From: an uncultured virus (IMG/VR IMGVR_UViG_3300031088_000789)
Taxonomy: Duplodnaviria; Heunggongvirae; Uroviricota; Caudoviricetes
Virus record (IMG/VR): IMGVR_UViG_3300031088_000789
Direction: 5' to 3' (one strand)
Length of the DNA: 64,000 nt
The notes beneath the pieces are model-generated. The model saw only the letters and a list, made by a program, of their open reading frames with translations. It had not been told where the DNA came from and ran no database searches. Position numbers and translations under genes: made by a program. Below, one piece after another: positions 48,839-58,409 of this stretch (positions within the stretch are counted from its first letter, which is position 1; the number at the start of each line of letters is the position of its first letter).

Positions 48839-48898
48839 ATGACTCTAACTTTAATGGTCCTGTTAATTTTATTGACAATCATTCTCTTCATGGCATGA
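48839..48898 (+). CDS. 19-aa hydrophobic peptide MTLTLMVLLILLTIILFMA
   Basis: Directly behind a promoter with the CATCAATCAAACC leader; weak RBS. Confidence 0.4.
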   Translation: MTLTLMVLLILLTIILFMA

Positions 48899-48928
48899 GC
48901 ATTTTTGATAATCTTTTTTGGAGTTTAA

Positions 48929-49123
48929 ATGAAAACACGCATTCGAGATGCCATTCGGGATGATGGGCGACAAGTTTACATTTGTGAATACAAATGGTTG
49001 TTCTGGTGGCGTCCATGCAACACTTATCTTACTCATTGGCCAAGAGGTTCTTGCCGGAATGGATATCTTTATAGGGCTGATGCGGAGTCTCGTATTAAAG
49101 ACTTTTTGAACGGGGTTCCTTAA
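48929..49123 (+). CDS. small hypothetical protein (KWLFWW motif)
   Basis: GGAG RBS. Confidence 0.65.
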   Translation: MKTRIRDAIRDDGRQVYICEYKWLFWWRPCNTYLTHWPRGSCRNGYLYRADAESRIKDFLNGVP

Positions 49124-49197
49124 AAAACCTTATTTATCTTGTTGCGTCACCTTTCCTATTTGATGTATAATCTATTCAAATTTAACGAGGCAATCTT

Positions 49198-49779
49198 ATG
49201 ACTTCTCTTGCAAATTTGACTGCTCAACTTGAAGCTCTCAAAGCCCAGCGTTCATCGATCTATGATCAAATCAGGCCGCTTCAAGAACAAGCAACTGCTA
49301 TCTCTAACGAAATGTCGGTTATCACGGAAGCTATCACTGTTGAAACCCTGAAAAGTGAGCAAACTGAACAAGAACGCTTTGATTTTGTCATGACCGAGCT
49401 TGGTTATGGTACAGATAACGTTCGCTATAAAGCAGCTCAACAACTCATTGAGTCTATGGGGCTTCATTCTTCTGGTTATTGCCCTTTTAGCCAGCAACGT
49501 GCGGCTGATGTGGTAATTTTCAAATTTGACACAGAACGCAACCAGCAGTCCATTTCATCGGTCAAAAAACTGGTAACAATGCTCAAACCAATGGATGAAG
49601 AAGGCAACCGCAAATTCAAAGTTTTCTGCCAAGACTATACCATTTTTGCCCACCCAAATGGAACCTTCTCTTTGCGTGACGGTCGTTTCCGTAAAGACTT
49701 TAATACATTGGAAGAATTGTTCACTTATTATGTTGATTACCATGAGTGTTATGATTCTCCTACTGATGATGACGATTGA
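49198..49779 (+). CDS. hypothetical protein with N-terminal coiled coil
   Basis: GAGG RBS. Confidence 0.75.
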   Translation: MTSLANLTAQLEALKAQRSSIYDQIRPLQEQATAISNEMSVITEAITVETLKSEQTEQERFDFVMTELGYGTDNVRYKAAQQLIESMGLHSSGYCPFSQQRAADVVIFKFDTERNQQSISSVKKLVTMLKPMDEEGNRKFKVFCQDYTIFAHPNGTFSLRDGRFRKDFNTLEELFTYYVDYHECYDSPTDDDD

Positions 49780-49941
49780 AATAAGGGCCTGATGGCCCTT
49801 TTTCATTTATTGCTTAAAAATCAACCAATTAGAGATTATTTTTTTCAAAAATAATTAAAAAAAACGAAAATAATGCTTTACAGGCAGCACCAATTTCCCT
49901 ATAATGAACCCATCAAAACGAAACATACAAGGAAAAACGAA

Positions 49942-50070
49942 ATGCAAGGTTCTCACCGCGACATGACCGAAAAGTTCTCTTCCAAAGGCCGTGATAAAGA
50001 AGATCGCAGCTTTGCCAAGAAAGACCGTCAGTTCCGTGATAAACGCCGCAATCGTCATCAAGACGTTTAA
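49942..50070 (+). CDS. small basic protein, MQGS family copy 3 (42 aa)
   Basis: AAGGA RBS; MQGSHRDMTEKFSS...RDKRRNRHQDV; abuts tRNA-Arg. Confidence 0.85.
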   Translation: MQGSHRDMTEKFSSKGRDKEDRSFAKKDRQFRDKRRNRHQDV

Positions 50071-50079
50071 CACAAACAT

Positions 50080-50156
50080 CCGTGCGTAGCTCAGTTGGAT
50101 AGAGCATCCGCCTTCTAAGCGGATGGTCGCAGGTTCGAGTCCTGCCGCATGGGCCA
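50080..50156 (+). tRNA. tRNA-Arg(TCT)
   Basis: TCCGC-CTTCTAA-GCGGA, GGTTCGAGTCC, CCA. Confidence 0.95.
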
Positions 50157-50194
50157 AATTCATTATACAGCACAATTAAATACAGGATACGCTA

Positions 50195-50689
50195 ATGAAC
50201 GCTAATCAATTTCCAGAAACTTTTGATGGTTTTTTGAATATCGTTGCATCGGTTGCTCAGATCTACAAAGGTGAAGATTTCGCAGCCATGGAGTATTCCA
50301 AGCGTTATGACTTGAAGGCAGCCAATAAGAAACCAAAAGAGGGTGCTAAACGTCCAACTGTCAACAAACACATTCACCCACTCGATGACCTGTTTGTAGG
50401 CGTCAACTGGGAAGTTGGTGGTGTTCGTGGAGGTTCATGGCATCCAGAAGCCACTCACGAACGTTTTACATCTGATGCAAAACCTGTTTCGGTCACTCCA
50501 CTGATTTGCAAAATTCTGATTGCGGTTGGCCGAGAACATCTGTCGTTTGTTCAGTATTCGGCTTACATCGAAACACTTTATCGTCATGGGTCTGCTAGCG
50601 AATCTACTGATTGCTATGGTAATTCCTGTGACTACAATTATGTGGCGGTCAATCTGAAAGAACTTTACGAAGCTCTTGTTACACTCTAA
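50195..50689 (+). CDS. hypothetical protein
   Basis: AGGA RBS. Confidence 0.75.
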   Translation: MNANQFPETFDGFLNIVASVAQIYKGEDFAAMEYSKRYDLKAANKKPKEGAKRPTVNKHIHPLDDLFVGVNWEVGGVRGGSWHPEATHERFTSDAKPVSVTPLICKILIAVGREHLSFVQYSAYIETLYRHGSASESTDCYGNSCDYNYVAVNLKELYEALVTL

Positions 50690-50876
50690 AAATCTCTTTT
50701 AATAAATTCATAAAGCCCGTCAAAAGCGGGCTTTTTATTTGTCTGCATTTTCACACATAGTTATGACTCATACATTATTCCTTCAGCATTTTTTTTCATT
50801 TTTTTGAAAATAAATGATTGATTCATCGCCTAAACCTTGCTAGAATAGCCTCATTGAAACGAAACAAGCAATTAAA

Positions 50877-50961
50877 GCCCGGTTGGTGAAATCGGTAGAC
50901 ACAGAAGACTTAAAATCTTCCGGCGAAAGTCGTGCCAGTTCGAGTCTGGCACCGGGCACCA
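50877..50961 (+). tRNA. tRNA-Leu(TAA)
   Basis: Near-identical to 20742..20825. Confidence 0.95.
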
Positions 50962-50969
50962 AATTAAAT

Positions 50970-51193
50970 ACCATTAACCGCTAACATAATATAATGTAAG
51001 TGCCAGAGGTGAGCCAATAATGCAGCATTAACACCTAATTTAATCTTATTATTGAATTTAGTATAATTGATGATTGCCGAATAACTTTAAATCTTAACTT
51101 AAGTGCCCGAGGTGAACTAGCCATGAAGTAAGTAATAAACTTATAGATGACTAATTAATAGAGATTAGAAAACCCCTACTTGTAGGGGTTTTT
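50970..51193 (+). repeat. tRNA-trailing module, copy 2 (antisense minigene 50981..51028)
   Basis: Aligns with copies 1 and 3. Confidence 0.92.
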
Positions 51194-51277
51194 GCTGTAT
51201 ATTGATTTATTTTTGTTTGTGGTTATCTTCTGTGTATGCTATCATAGCTTAAGCAAAAATTTATCTGGAGATTATCC

Positions 51278-51688
51278 ATGCTGAACATGAAACCTAATTA
51301 CACTGCTCACCCAACTGCAATTGCTGATTTTTTAGAAGAAGTTGATAATATTCCAAAAACTGATTTCTTCATTTTTTCTGACATGTGGAAGAATCCCGAC
51401 ATTAAAAGTTTTATTTATTCTCCTACTAATTTGTATGCTGATATTTGTCAGGCTCTTTATTATGTTCCTTCGATGTATTTTCGATATGTGTATTTTTTCT
51501 TAGATAAAAAGACAAATCCTCAGATCCCTCAACATCTGAAGCCATCCGATATTAAAGAAGCATTGGTGAATAAGGGTTACATTTTTGAATTTGACCATAA
51601 AATGGCCATTCTGGGGATTCCTGAATCTCACTTTGACCATCCTTATGCCAGTAAATTGGATTATCTCATGGAAGATCGATTCTGCTAA
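51278..51688 (+). CDS. hypothetical protein, paralog of 9586..10062
   Basis: GGAG RBS. Confidence 0.75.
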   Translation: MLNMKPNYTAHPTAIADFLEEVDNIPKTDFFIFSDMWKNPDIKSFIYSPTNLYADICQALYYVPSMYFRYVYFFLDKKTNPQIPQHLKPSDIKEALVNKGYIFEFDHKMAILGIPESHFDHPYASKLDYLMEDRFC

Positions 51689-51790
51689 CCGTTCTTTTAT
51701 TGTTTTTTCTCTAAAATACTTAAAAAAAATGCTTGCCTCACACACCAGAAATTGCTAGAATAGCATCATTGAAACGAAGCAAGATTTAAA

Positions 51791-51877
51791 GCCCGAGTGG
51801 TGAAATTGGTAGACGCGGGGGACTTAAAATCCCTTTTCTTAATCGGAGTGCCGGTTCGAGTCCGGCCTCGGGCACCA
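51791..51877 (+). tRNA. tRNA-Leu(TAA)
   Basis: GGGGA-CTTAAAA-TCCCT, class II, CCA. Confidence 0.93.
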
Positions 51878-51887
51878 AATTAAAACA

Positions 51888-52114
51888 ACATCAACCGTTA
51901 AGATAATCTAATGTAAGTGCCAGAGGTGAGCCAATAATGCAGCATTAATACCTAATTTAATCTTATTATTGAATTTAGTATAATTGATGATTGCCGAATA
52001 ACCTTTAAACCCCTTATAACCAGTGCCAGAGGTGAGCTACCGATGCAGTAAGTCTCTTAACTTATATGACTAATTAAATTAAGATTGAAAAACCCCTCCT
52101 AATAGGGGTTTTTT
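51888..52114 (+). repeat. tRNA-trailing module, copy 3 (antisense minigene 51898..51945)
   Basis: Aligns with copies 1 and 2. Confidence 0.92.
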
Positions 52115-52198
52115 GTTGTTATTTTTTATAAAATTGTTGTTTTTATTTTCTACTTTTGGTAAAATACTGCCTATCAACCATTCATAAGGTCAGCCATA

Positions 52199-52450
52199 AT
52201 GAGCTATCCACATCTTCTTGACAAAGTTCAGGTCATTGATGAAAACAGTGTGCATTATCTGGCAAAGGGGCGAGTGTGTGATTCTACGATGAATTACTAT
52301 CGCATTGTCGCCCTTGATTGTGGGTGTGTCGCCAAATTCTTTCTGTGTGACATTGCTTGCGAAGGCTATGGTGATAAAGAAGGTCGTTATCCTTACTTTA
52401 ATTCACTTTCTTTGAAAAGTTGTGAAAATCATCAGAACCCATCGAATTAA
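52199..52450 (+). CDS. Cys-rich hypothetical protein
   Basis: Cassette. Confidence 0.65.
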   Translation: MSYPHLLDKVQVIDENSVHYLAKGRVCDSTMNYYRIVALDCGCVAKFFLCDIACEGYGDKEGRYPYFNSLSLKSCENHQNPSN

Positions 52451-52466
52451 TAAGGAAACTTTTATC

Positions 52467-52679
52467 ATGAGCAAAGAAGTTCCACACATTAAAACACCTG
52501 CTTATATCAAGTCACTTGAAGATGACCGTATTCGTCTTCAATATGTTGAAGCTGACAACGCTCGCTGGTTATCTGAAATTAAACGTCTGCGAGAAACCAT
52601 TGCTGAAAAGAATGAAGAAATTCGAGAGTTGTCGAAATTTCAGTTTTATTGCTACAAAAATACTAATTTTCGTGGGTGA
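52467..52679 (+). CDS. coiled-coil hypothetical protein
   Basis: TAAGGA RBS. Confidence 0.7.
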   Translation: MSKEVPHIKTPAYIKSLEDDRIRLQYVEADNARWLSEIKRLRETIAEKNEEIRELSKFQFYCYKNTNFRG

Positions 52680-52789
52680 TTTCAAGGCTGCTATTTAATC
52701 TTTTTAGCAGCGATTTCCTAAAATATCTTCTTTTTTCTTTTGATATGGTGTATAATCAGCCTATCGAAACGAATTAGGAAGATTTTGTC

Positions 52790-53392
52790 ATGGCTAAGCT
52801 TTATTTCCGTTATGCAGTGATGAATTCAGGTAAAAGCCTTGCCTTGCTGCAGGTTAATCATAACTATGTCACAGAAGGTCGAGAAACCGTCCTGTTTTCA
52901 CACAAAATCGATAATCGCTTTGGTGAAGATGTAATTGCTTCTCGTATTGCAGGGGCTAGTATCAAGGCTCCAAGCATCTCTATCAATGAATCCGTAAACT
53001 TGTTTGGTGTAGTTGCCAAGAAAGTGGAAGAAGGCAAAGACATTGCATGTGTGCTGTGTGATGAATCTCAGTTCTATACCCTAGAGCAAATCACTCAGCT
53101 TTCGGATGTAGTTGATGTTCTCGATATTCCTGTCATCTGCTATGGCCTGAAAACCAACTTTAAAGGTGAACTGTTCCCAGCCTCTAAACGATTGGTTGAG
53201 TTGGCGGATGAAATTGAAAGTCTGGATCAGGTCTGCTGGTGTGGTAGCAAAGCCCGTATGAACCTGAAATTCAATGCTGATACAGGTGAAGTTATCCGCG
53301 ATGGCGGGTCTGTTGAAGTCGGTGCTGAAAGCAAATACCGTTCGGTGTGTCGCAAACATTGGAAATTAGGTTTGCTGCATAAACCACAATAA
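52790..53392 (+). CDS. tdk: thymidine kinase
   Basis: MAKLYFRY-x-x-MNSGKS, CDESQF, CYGLKTNF-x-GELF, CWCG, YRSVCRKHW. Confidence 0.95.
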   Translation: MAKLYFRYAVMNSGKSLALLQVNHNYVTEGRETVLFSHKIDNRFGEDVIASRIAGASIKAPSISINESVNLFGVVAKKVEEGKDIACVLCDESQFYTLEQITQLSDVVDVLDIPVICYGLKTNFKGELFPASKRLVELADEIESLDQVCWCGSKARMNLKFNADTGEVIRDGGSVEVGAESKYRSVCRKHWKLGLLHKPQ

Positions 53393-53496
53393 GTATTGTG
53401 AGCATAATTGGGTTTGTTTCTTTTGACGCTACTATACAATTAACTAATGACTTTTAGTTATTAATATTGTATACTTGGCGAAATATGGAGTTTGAT

Positions 53497-54009
53497 ATGC
53501 ACAAAATGTTCATTGCAGCTTATCGTAATCGCCGGGAAAAGACTCAGCTTAAACGATCACATAAAGATGTAAGGCAACAATTGATCCGTGAAATCATTGC
53601 GGATATGGGCTTAGGCCGTCCAGAGACTAAACGGTATCGTGATACTGTCTTTCATTTTCATACCAGAAGGCACTATCTGGGCTTGAATTTGATGCATCTT
53701 ATTCAGATGGTCAAAAAAGAAAACAATCCTCGACTTGCGACCTTCGTAGAACGTATTGTGGGCGATTTTTCATATATTCCTGATGCCAATTCATATTGTG
53801 CCCCTATGATTCGGCTACAAGTTCAATCAAAATCAATTTTGATGCAGCCTGAAGATTTTGCGGCATTATTTGTTGGTATTGAGATCGATAATAGGGAGAC
53901 TGAGTTAAAGGTTAAGCAATGTTGTTCAGCTATTCTAGAATATGAAGTTAGTGAAGTTATGAAAGCAGTAGCAACAAAACTACTATCAGCCCCTGATGTT
54001 GTTCTTTAA
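53497..54009 (+). CDS. hypothetical protein
   Basis: GGAG RBS. Confidence 0.7.
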   Translation: MHKMFIAAYRNRREKTQLKRSHKDVRQQLIREIIADMGLGRPETKRYRDTVFHFHTRRHYLGLNLMHLIQMVKKENNPRLATFVERIVGDFSYIPDANSYCAPMIRLQVQSKSILMQPEDFAALFVGIEIDNRETELKVKQCCSAILEYEVSEVMKAVATKLLSAPDVVL

Positions 54010-54122
54010 TATTTTTAGGAGATAATATATCATCTTTTGATACTTGAATGTGTGATATTTAGGTTGCTCCTGTGAGCATTTTTTGCTATAATCTTACCAT
54101 ATACAAAGACCTTCGGTGACTT

Positions 54123-54422
54123 ATGAAACAGATTTCGGCACTCTTGACCGCATTGTTTGAACGTAAACCTGCTGTTCTTATTCCGATTGAACAACGTATT
54201 CTTCGTGATTTCAGTTTGTCCGAAGCTCGGGCTGGTGCAGAGTTTCGTCTTCGTTGTGGTAAGCCGTTTGAAGTGCTCTCACTTGATCATCAAGACGAGA
54301 ACAATCCACTGTTGAAAGTTCGTATTCAAATCGAAGGCCAACCACTTCCATTCTGTTATTATGAAAATGGTTACTGGAATGAACTCGATTGCTCCGACTA
54401 TGATTTGGTTATGGTTAATTAA
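54123..54422 (+). CDS. hypothetical protein
   Basis: Cassette; FSLSEARAG...LRCG...DLVM. Confidence 0.7.
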   Translation: MKQISALLTALFERKPAVLIPIEQRILRDFSLSEARAGAEFRLRCGKPFEVLSLDHQDENNPLLKVRIQIEGQPLPFCYYENGYWNELDCSDYDLVMVN

Positions 54423-54540
54423 TAACCGAAAATAAATACATGTATAGGGGCTTCGGTCCCTTTTTCGTTTTCATAAAAATAAGTTTCTTTTCCGCTCTCA
54501 GTTTGGTATAATAGCCTTATCCAATACAGGGTAGGTTATC

Positions 54541-55257
54541 ATGAAAAACACCACTCCAATGCAAATGATGAAACCATTGTTGACTCAGTTTAAGACTCTG
54601 CAAGGGTTCACTTGTGTTGAGTTGAATGGGAAGAAAGGTGGTTATACCTTTGTAGGTCGTGATTCTTACCACTCAAACCCTGTGACCTTTGACTATGTGG
54701 TTATTTTGGGCTTTGGTGGCATCTACCATGATCTTGGAAGTCGGAAACGTTTTGTGAATACTATCGCTCTTTCTTTCAGCTACACTAACCGAGAAAACCC
54801 AGTAGTTCGGGCTGGTTGCAGTTATCGTAATCAGGTCGATTATTCTGCTGAATTTGATGTAACCGCCATGAAAGTTTTACTTAAATCTTTCCTTGAATCG
54901 CCAACTGCTGATCGCTTTGTTAGCATTTTTAACATTCTTCGAAGCTCTAAACTTGACAGTGCGGCTGTTCGTCAATTCAAAGCTCCATATGTTGAAAAGG
55001 CAAATGGGCTTAAATCGAAAATTGATGTTGTGCGTGAATCGTTGAGAACCAAAACGAACCATTTTTATGACTTGCAGCGTAAAAATGATGGCAATCTTGA
55101 AAAAGTTCGTAAAGAAGTTGCTGTGCTGAATAACGAATTGGCAGGTCTGCAGAAAGAATTGAATCATATTTTCAACGAAGACACAAAAAATATGCCACAT
55201 GTTGTTCGCCACTCTTTTAACAAAGAAATGGAACAACTGAAAATCCGTTACAGTTAA
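54541..55257 (+). CDS. hypothetical protein, paralog of 28452..29195
   Basis: Alignable N-terminus and coiled-coil C-terminus. Confidence 0.75.
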   Translation: MKNTTPMQMMKPLLTQFKTLQGFTCVELNGKKGGYTFVGRDSYHSNPVTFDYVVILGFGGIYHDLGSRKRFVNTIALSFSYTNRENPVVRAGCSYRNQVDYSAEFDVTAMKVLLKSFLESPTADRFVSIFNILRSSKLDSAAVRQFKAPYVEKANGLKSKIDVVRESLRTKTNHFYDLQRKNDGNLEKVRKEVAVLNNELAGLQKELNHIFNEDTKNMPHVVRHSFNKEMEQLKIRYS

Positions 55258-55404
55258 TTAATTTCTAATCAAATTGTTATTGCTAAGGTCACTTCGGTGG
55301 CCTTTTTCTGTTTCCATTGTTTAGACCTATAGTAATTTTTTAAATCTTGATTCGTCATTTGTTATATGATATTATTGCATCATTCCTTTTATCATAGGTG
55401 CCAC

Positions 55405-55611
55405 ATGACTTTTGAAGTTGTTACCGAAATCGAAGATCAAGACAAGATTGTACAAGTCAGAAAGTATCTTGATGGTCGATATGATGTTGGTTATCTCATT
55501 GATGATGTTTTTGATGTTAAACATCCCGATGTTGGTGCTGATGGGGCAATTCGTGCTCTTGGCTGGTATCTCACTAGTGCATATTACAAACTTTCCAAAA
55601 CCAAACCTTAA
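55405..55611 (+). CDS. hypothetical protein
   Basis: AGGTG RBS. Confidence 0.7.
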   Translation: MTFEVVTEIEDQDKIVQVRKYLDGRYDVGYLIDDVFDVKHPDVGADGAIRALGWYLTSAYYKLSKTKP

Positions 55612-55678
55612 CATATAGCTTTACAAATATTACCTTTTTTGCTATAATTAGTCAACACCATTTAATAGGTATCTTATT

Positions 55679-55915
55679 ATGCGTAGAAATCATGAAGCTA
55701 TCAACAAAAAATGCGAACTGTTGGAACGCTTGGGTTTCGAAATTGAACATGAAGATTCTCGGGTTAGCTTCAATGGACACACTTTCGATTTTTCGGCCAT
55801 CGCTTGTGATGAAGTTTCTATCATGCAAACAGCTCTGCTAGTCATGTTTGAGCATGGTCGTGAACAAGGCCGTAAAGAAATCCAAGAAGGCATCAAAACA
55901 CTGTTGCAACTTTAA
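55679..55915 (+). CDS. hypothetical protein
   Basis: Cassette. Confidence 0.7.
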   Translation: MRRNHEAINKKCELLERLGFEIEHEDSRVSFNGHTFDFSAIACDEVSIMQTALLVMFEHGREQGRKEIQEGIKTLLQL

Positions 55916-56009
55916 CAAAAAATTGTAGACCAAAGGGGCTTCGGCCTCTTTTTTATTGTTTTTATTTTAATCTTGTAGTATACTTTTATTATTTAAAGGT
56001 ATATTTTCC

Positions 56010-56537
56010 ATGATAAATGTTATGATTACTCCAATAGATTTAAAGTTCAAAGATATATCTGTTGATGGCAAGCTGGTCTATAATACGAATGTTATGGATT
56101 TTAAAACTTATAATGATATTACAACTTGGCGTGACTATGTTTTGGTAGCCATGAATCAAGTTATTAACACTAAGAAACCTTATACACCTGCTCAAATTGA
56201 AATGTTGGGCCATGACTTTTCCAGTAAATTTACACGAAGATTAAATGAACTGTATTTGATCAGTCTCGTTAATCATGTTGTTCATGTGAATGGTGTAAAT
56301 TACACTATCTTAGAGGCTATTGCTCTTGATCCTGATGTATTTAAGGTTGATGCCATTGCATACATTGTAAAAACTCCAGATGGTCAAAAGATGGCCGTAA
56401 GTACGCTAGGTAAATTTAAGTTTATTGAGCGTGTTGAATTTTATGAAATGGTTGAGTTGCAAGAACAGCGACTAGCTAAATTGAAAGTTGCTAAAAATCG
56501 TTTAGAACGTATGTTTGATTCGAATATACGCTATTGA
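56010..56537 (+). CDS. hypothetical protein, paralog of 1953..2480
   Basis: See 1953..2480. Confidence 0.75.
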   Translation: MINVMITPIDLKFKDISVDGKLVYNTNVMDFKTYNDITTWRDYVLVAMNQVINTKKPYTPAQIEMLGHDFSSKFTRRLNELYLISLVNHVVHVNGVNYTILEAIALDPDVFKVDAIAYIVKTPDGQKMAVSTLGKFKFIERVEFYEMVELQEQRLAKLKVAKNRLERMFDSNIRY

Positions 56538-56622
56538 TTAAGGGCTTCGGCCCTTTTTTGTTGACCATCTTTCGTTTTTTTGTTATACTACTGCCAATAT
56601 TCACAGCCTTATAGGTAAATTC

Positions 56623-56817
56623 ATGACTGAATATGGCATTGCTCGAAACACCCGTAATCTAGCTGATCCTTCTGGACTTATTTGCACTAACATGACGAAA
56701 GAACAAGCTGAAGATTGGATTGGTGATCATCTTGCTAGTCGAGGTAGCCCAACTGAATTCTGCATCGTCAGCCGTCAAGTAAGTGACTGGGATCTGGCAG
56801 AAGATACTTACTCTTAA
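56623..56817 (+). CDS. small protein, tandem paralog of the next gene
   Basis: EYGIA...MTKEQAEDWI. Confidence 0.75.
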   Translation: MTEYGIARNTRNLADPSGLICTNMTKEQAEDWIGDHLASRGSPTEFCIVSRQVSDWDLAEDTYS

Positions 56818-56855
56818 CATTTCATTCACATTACACTAACTAGGAATCTATTATT

Positions 56856-57035
56856 ATGGCTATTGAATATGGTGTTGCTCATCGTAACGATAAACTGACT
56901 GGTAAGGTTCATCGTTCGGGGATGACTCAACAAGAAGCGGAGCAATGGATCAAAGACTGGGAAGCGGATGGTGGTTTGAAAGGGGCGTTTTACGTTGTTG
57001 AGCGTGAAATACCTGTATGGAAGCCCTCAGCCTGA
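56856..57035 (+). CDS. small protein, tandem paralog (not in ORF track)
   Basis: AGGA RBS; EYGVA...MTQQEAEQWI. Confidence 0.75.
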   Translation: MAIEYGVAHRNDKLTGKVHRSGMTQQEAEQWIKDWEADGGLKGAFYVVEREIPVWKPSA

Positions 57036-57157
57036 TCAAATTTTCGCTTTATTAAAAAGGCCCTTCATGGGCTTTTTTTGTTTTTAAAATAAAGAATTAT
57101 TGATTTTAATGATGGATATTGATATAATACCCCTATGTTAAACAAATGGTGTCTACC

Positions 57158-57577
57158 ATGACTATTCAGAATGACCGCATCTACAATGACCAAGACGTTT
57201 CAGATCTCATGAGCGAATTGGAAGTTGCATTGGAAATGATGTCTCCATACTATGCTCAAAATGGTGGCGGTAAAATGGCACAAGCCTTGCTGACTCGCCT
57301 TCATGACAAGAAAATGGAACTGACGCCTTTCGTGGCCAATATTACAACTGTTTTCGGTTGTGTTGTTTGTGGTCAAGAGTTCTCGCACTCTGCCAGTGGA
57401 AAGGCTCTGTGCAAGTCTGGACAGCAAGGGGCTGTGATGAAACACTTGTCCGAAGCTCATGGTATTCAGGGTAAAGAACGCCGGAAACATGTTAAATTTC
57501 CAGAGGTAATAGAAAAAGAATTCAAAAACCGTAATGAATTTCTGAACTTCCGAAATACAAACGTTCACTTGTTTTAA
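57158..57577 (+). CDS. C2H2-like zinc finger protein, paralog of 60931..61353
   Basis: CVVCGQEF...KHLSEAHG. Confidence 0.7.
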   Translation: MTIQNDRIYNDQDVSDLMSELEVALEMMSPYYAQNGGGKMAQALLTRLHDKKMELTPFVANITTVFGCVVCGQEFSHSASGKALCKSGQQGAVMKHLSEAHGIQGKERRKHVKFPEVIEKEFKNRNEFLNFRNTNVHLF

Positions 57578-57582
57578 ACGTT

Positions 57583-58002
57583 ATGAATAAGATATGTGTT
57601 CTCTGCAATCATGAAAAGCCACTAACTTCTTTCGAGAAGCGTGGTACTTCGTATCGTAATCAATGTAAAGAATGTCGAGCATTAAAAGAAAAAGAACGTT
57701 ACGAAACGTGCCCCAAGTATAACCAATACGTTAAAAACAAATCCCGTAAACATCATTTTCAAAAACAATATGGGTTGTCTATTGAGCAAGTTGATGAAAT
57801 GATTCTTTCAAGAAATTCAACTTGTGATATATGCAATAAAAAAACAAAGAAATTACATGTCGATCACTGTCATGCTACTGGTGAAGTTCGTGGTTTGTTG
57901 TGCGTTCTTTGTAATACTGCTATTGGCAAGTTTAAAGATGACATCAATCTTTTGCAAAGTGCCATTAAATATTTAAAGTTACACAGTAAAAATACTGTTT
58001 AA
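57583..58002 (+). CDS. endonuclease VII-like (His-Me) nuclease
   Basis: CDIC...LHVDHCHATGEVRGLLCVLCNTAIG. Confidence 0.9.
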   Translation: MNKICVLCNHEKPLTSFEKRGTSYRNQCKECRALKEKERYETCPKYNQYVKNKSRKHHFQKQYGLSIEQVDEMILSRNSTCDICNKKTKKLHVDHCHATGEVRGLLCVLCNTAIGKFKDDINLLQSAIKYLKLHSKNTV

Positions 58003-58082
58003 TTTTAGGGGCTTCTACCCCTTTTTTTGTTGCGAATAATTTAGCTTTTTGCTATAATCCTTTCAATCGAAAGAGGTTATTT

Positions 58083-58397
58083 ATGCACAATATTGATGAC
58101 GCTTACTCACAAGAAAATCTGGTATCTGTTGATCCTTTCCAGTATAATGCTGTTTTGTTGGCAGTGGCACGTCAATTATTGCCAGCTTTTGTCAATAAGG
58201 ATTCGGTTCAAATTGATGATCCTTTTATGGGGCTGATGACGGATGGCCGCTATATGATGGTTTTCATTCCTTATCCAGATCGCCGTTTTTATGCTCCAAA
58301 AGTTGACTATGATCTATGGGTTGAATTTGAAAAAATTAATCCAGACGGGGCTAAACCTGTTCTTCGTCCTGATTCTTATCTCGGCCCTGACTCTTAA
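58083..58397 (+). CDS. hypothetical protein
   Basis: GAGG RBS. Confidence 0.7.
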   Translation: MHNIDDAYSQENLVSVDPFQYNAVLLAVARQLLPAFVNKDSVQIDDPFMGLMTDGRYMMVFIPYPDRRFYAPKVDYDLWVEFEKINPDGAKPVLRPDSYLGPDS

Positions 58398-58409
58398 AAG
58401 GGGTTTATT

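Noticed and set aside
49855..50175. Minus-strand ORFs overlapping tRNA-Arg (also 20665..20856 over tRNA-Leu)
   Set aside because: Antisense readings of tRNA genes.
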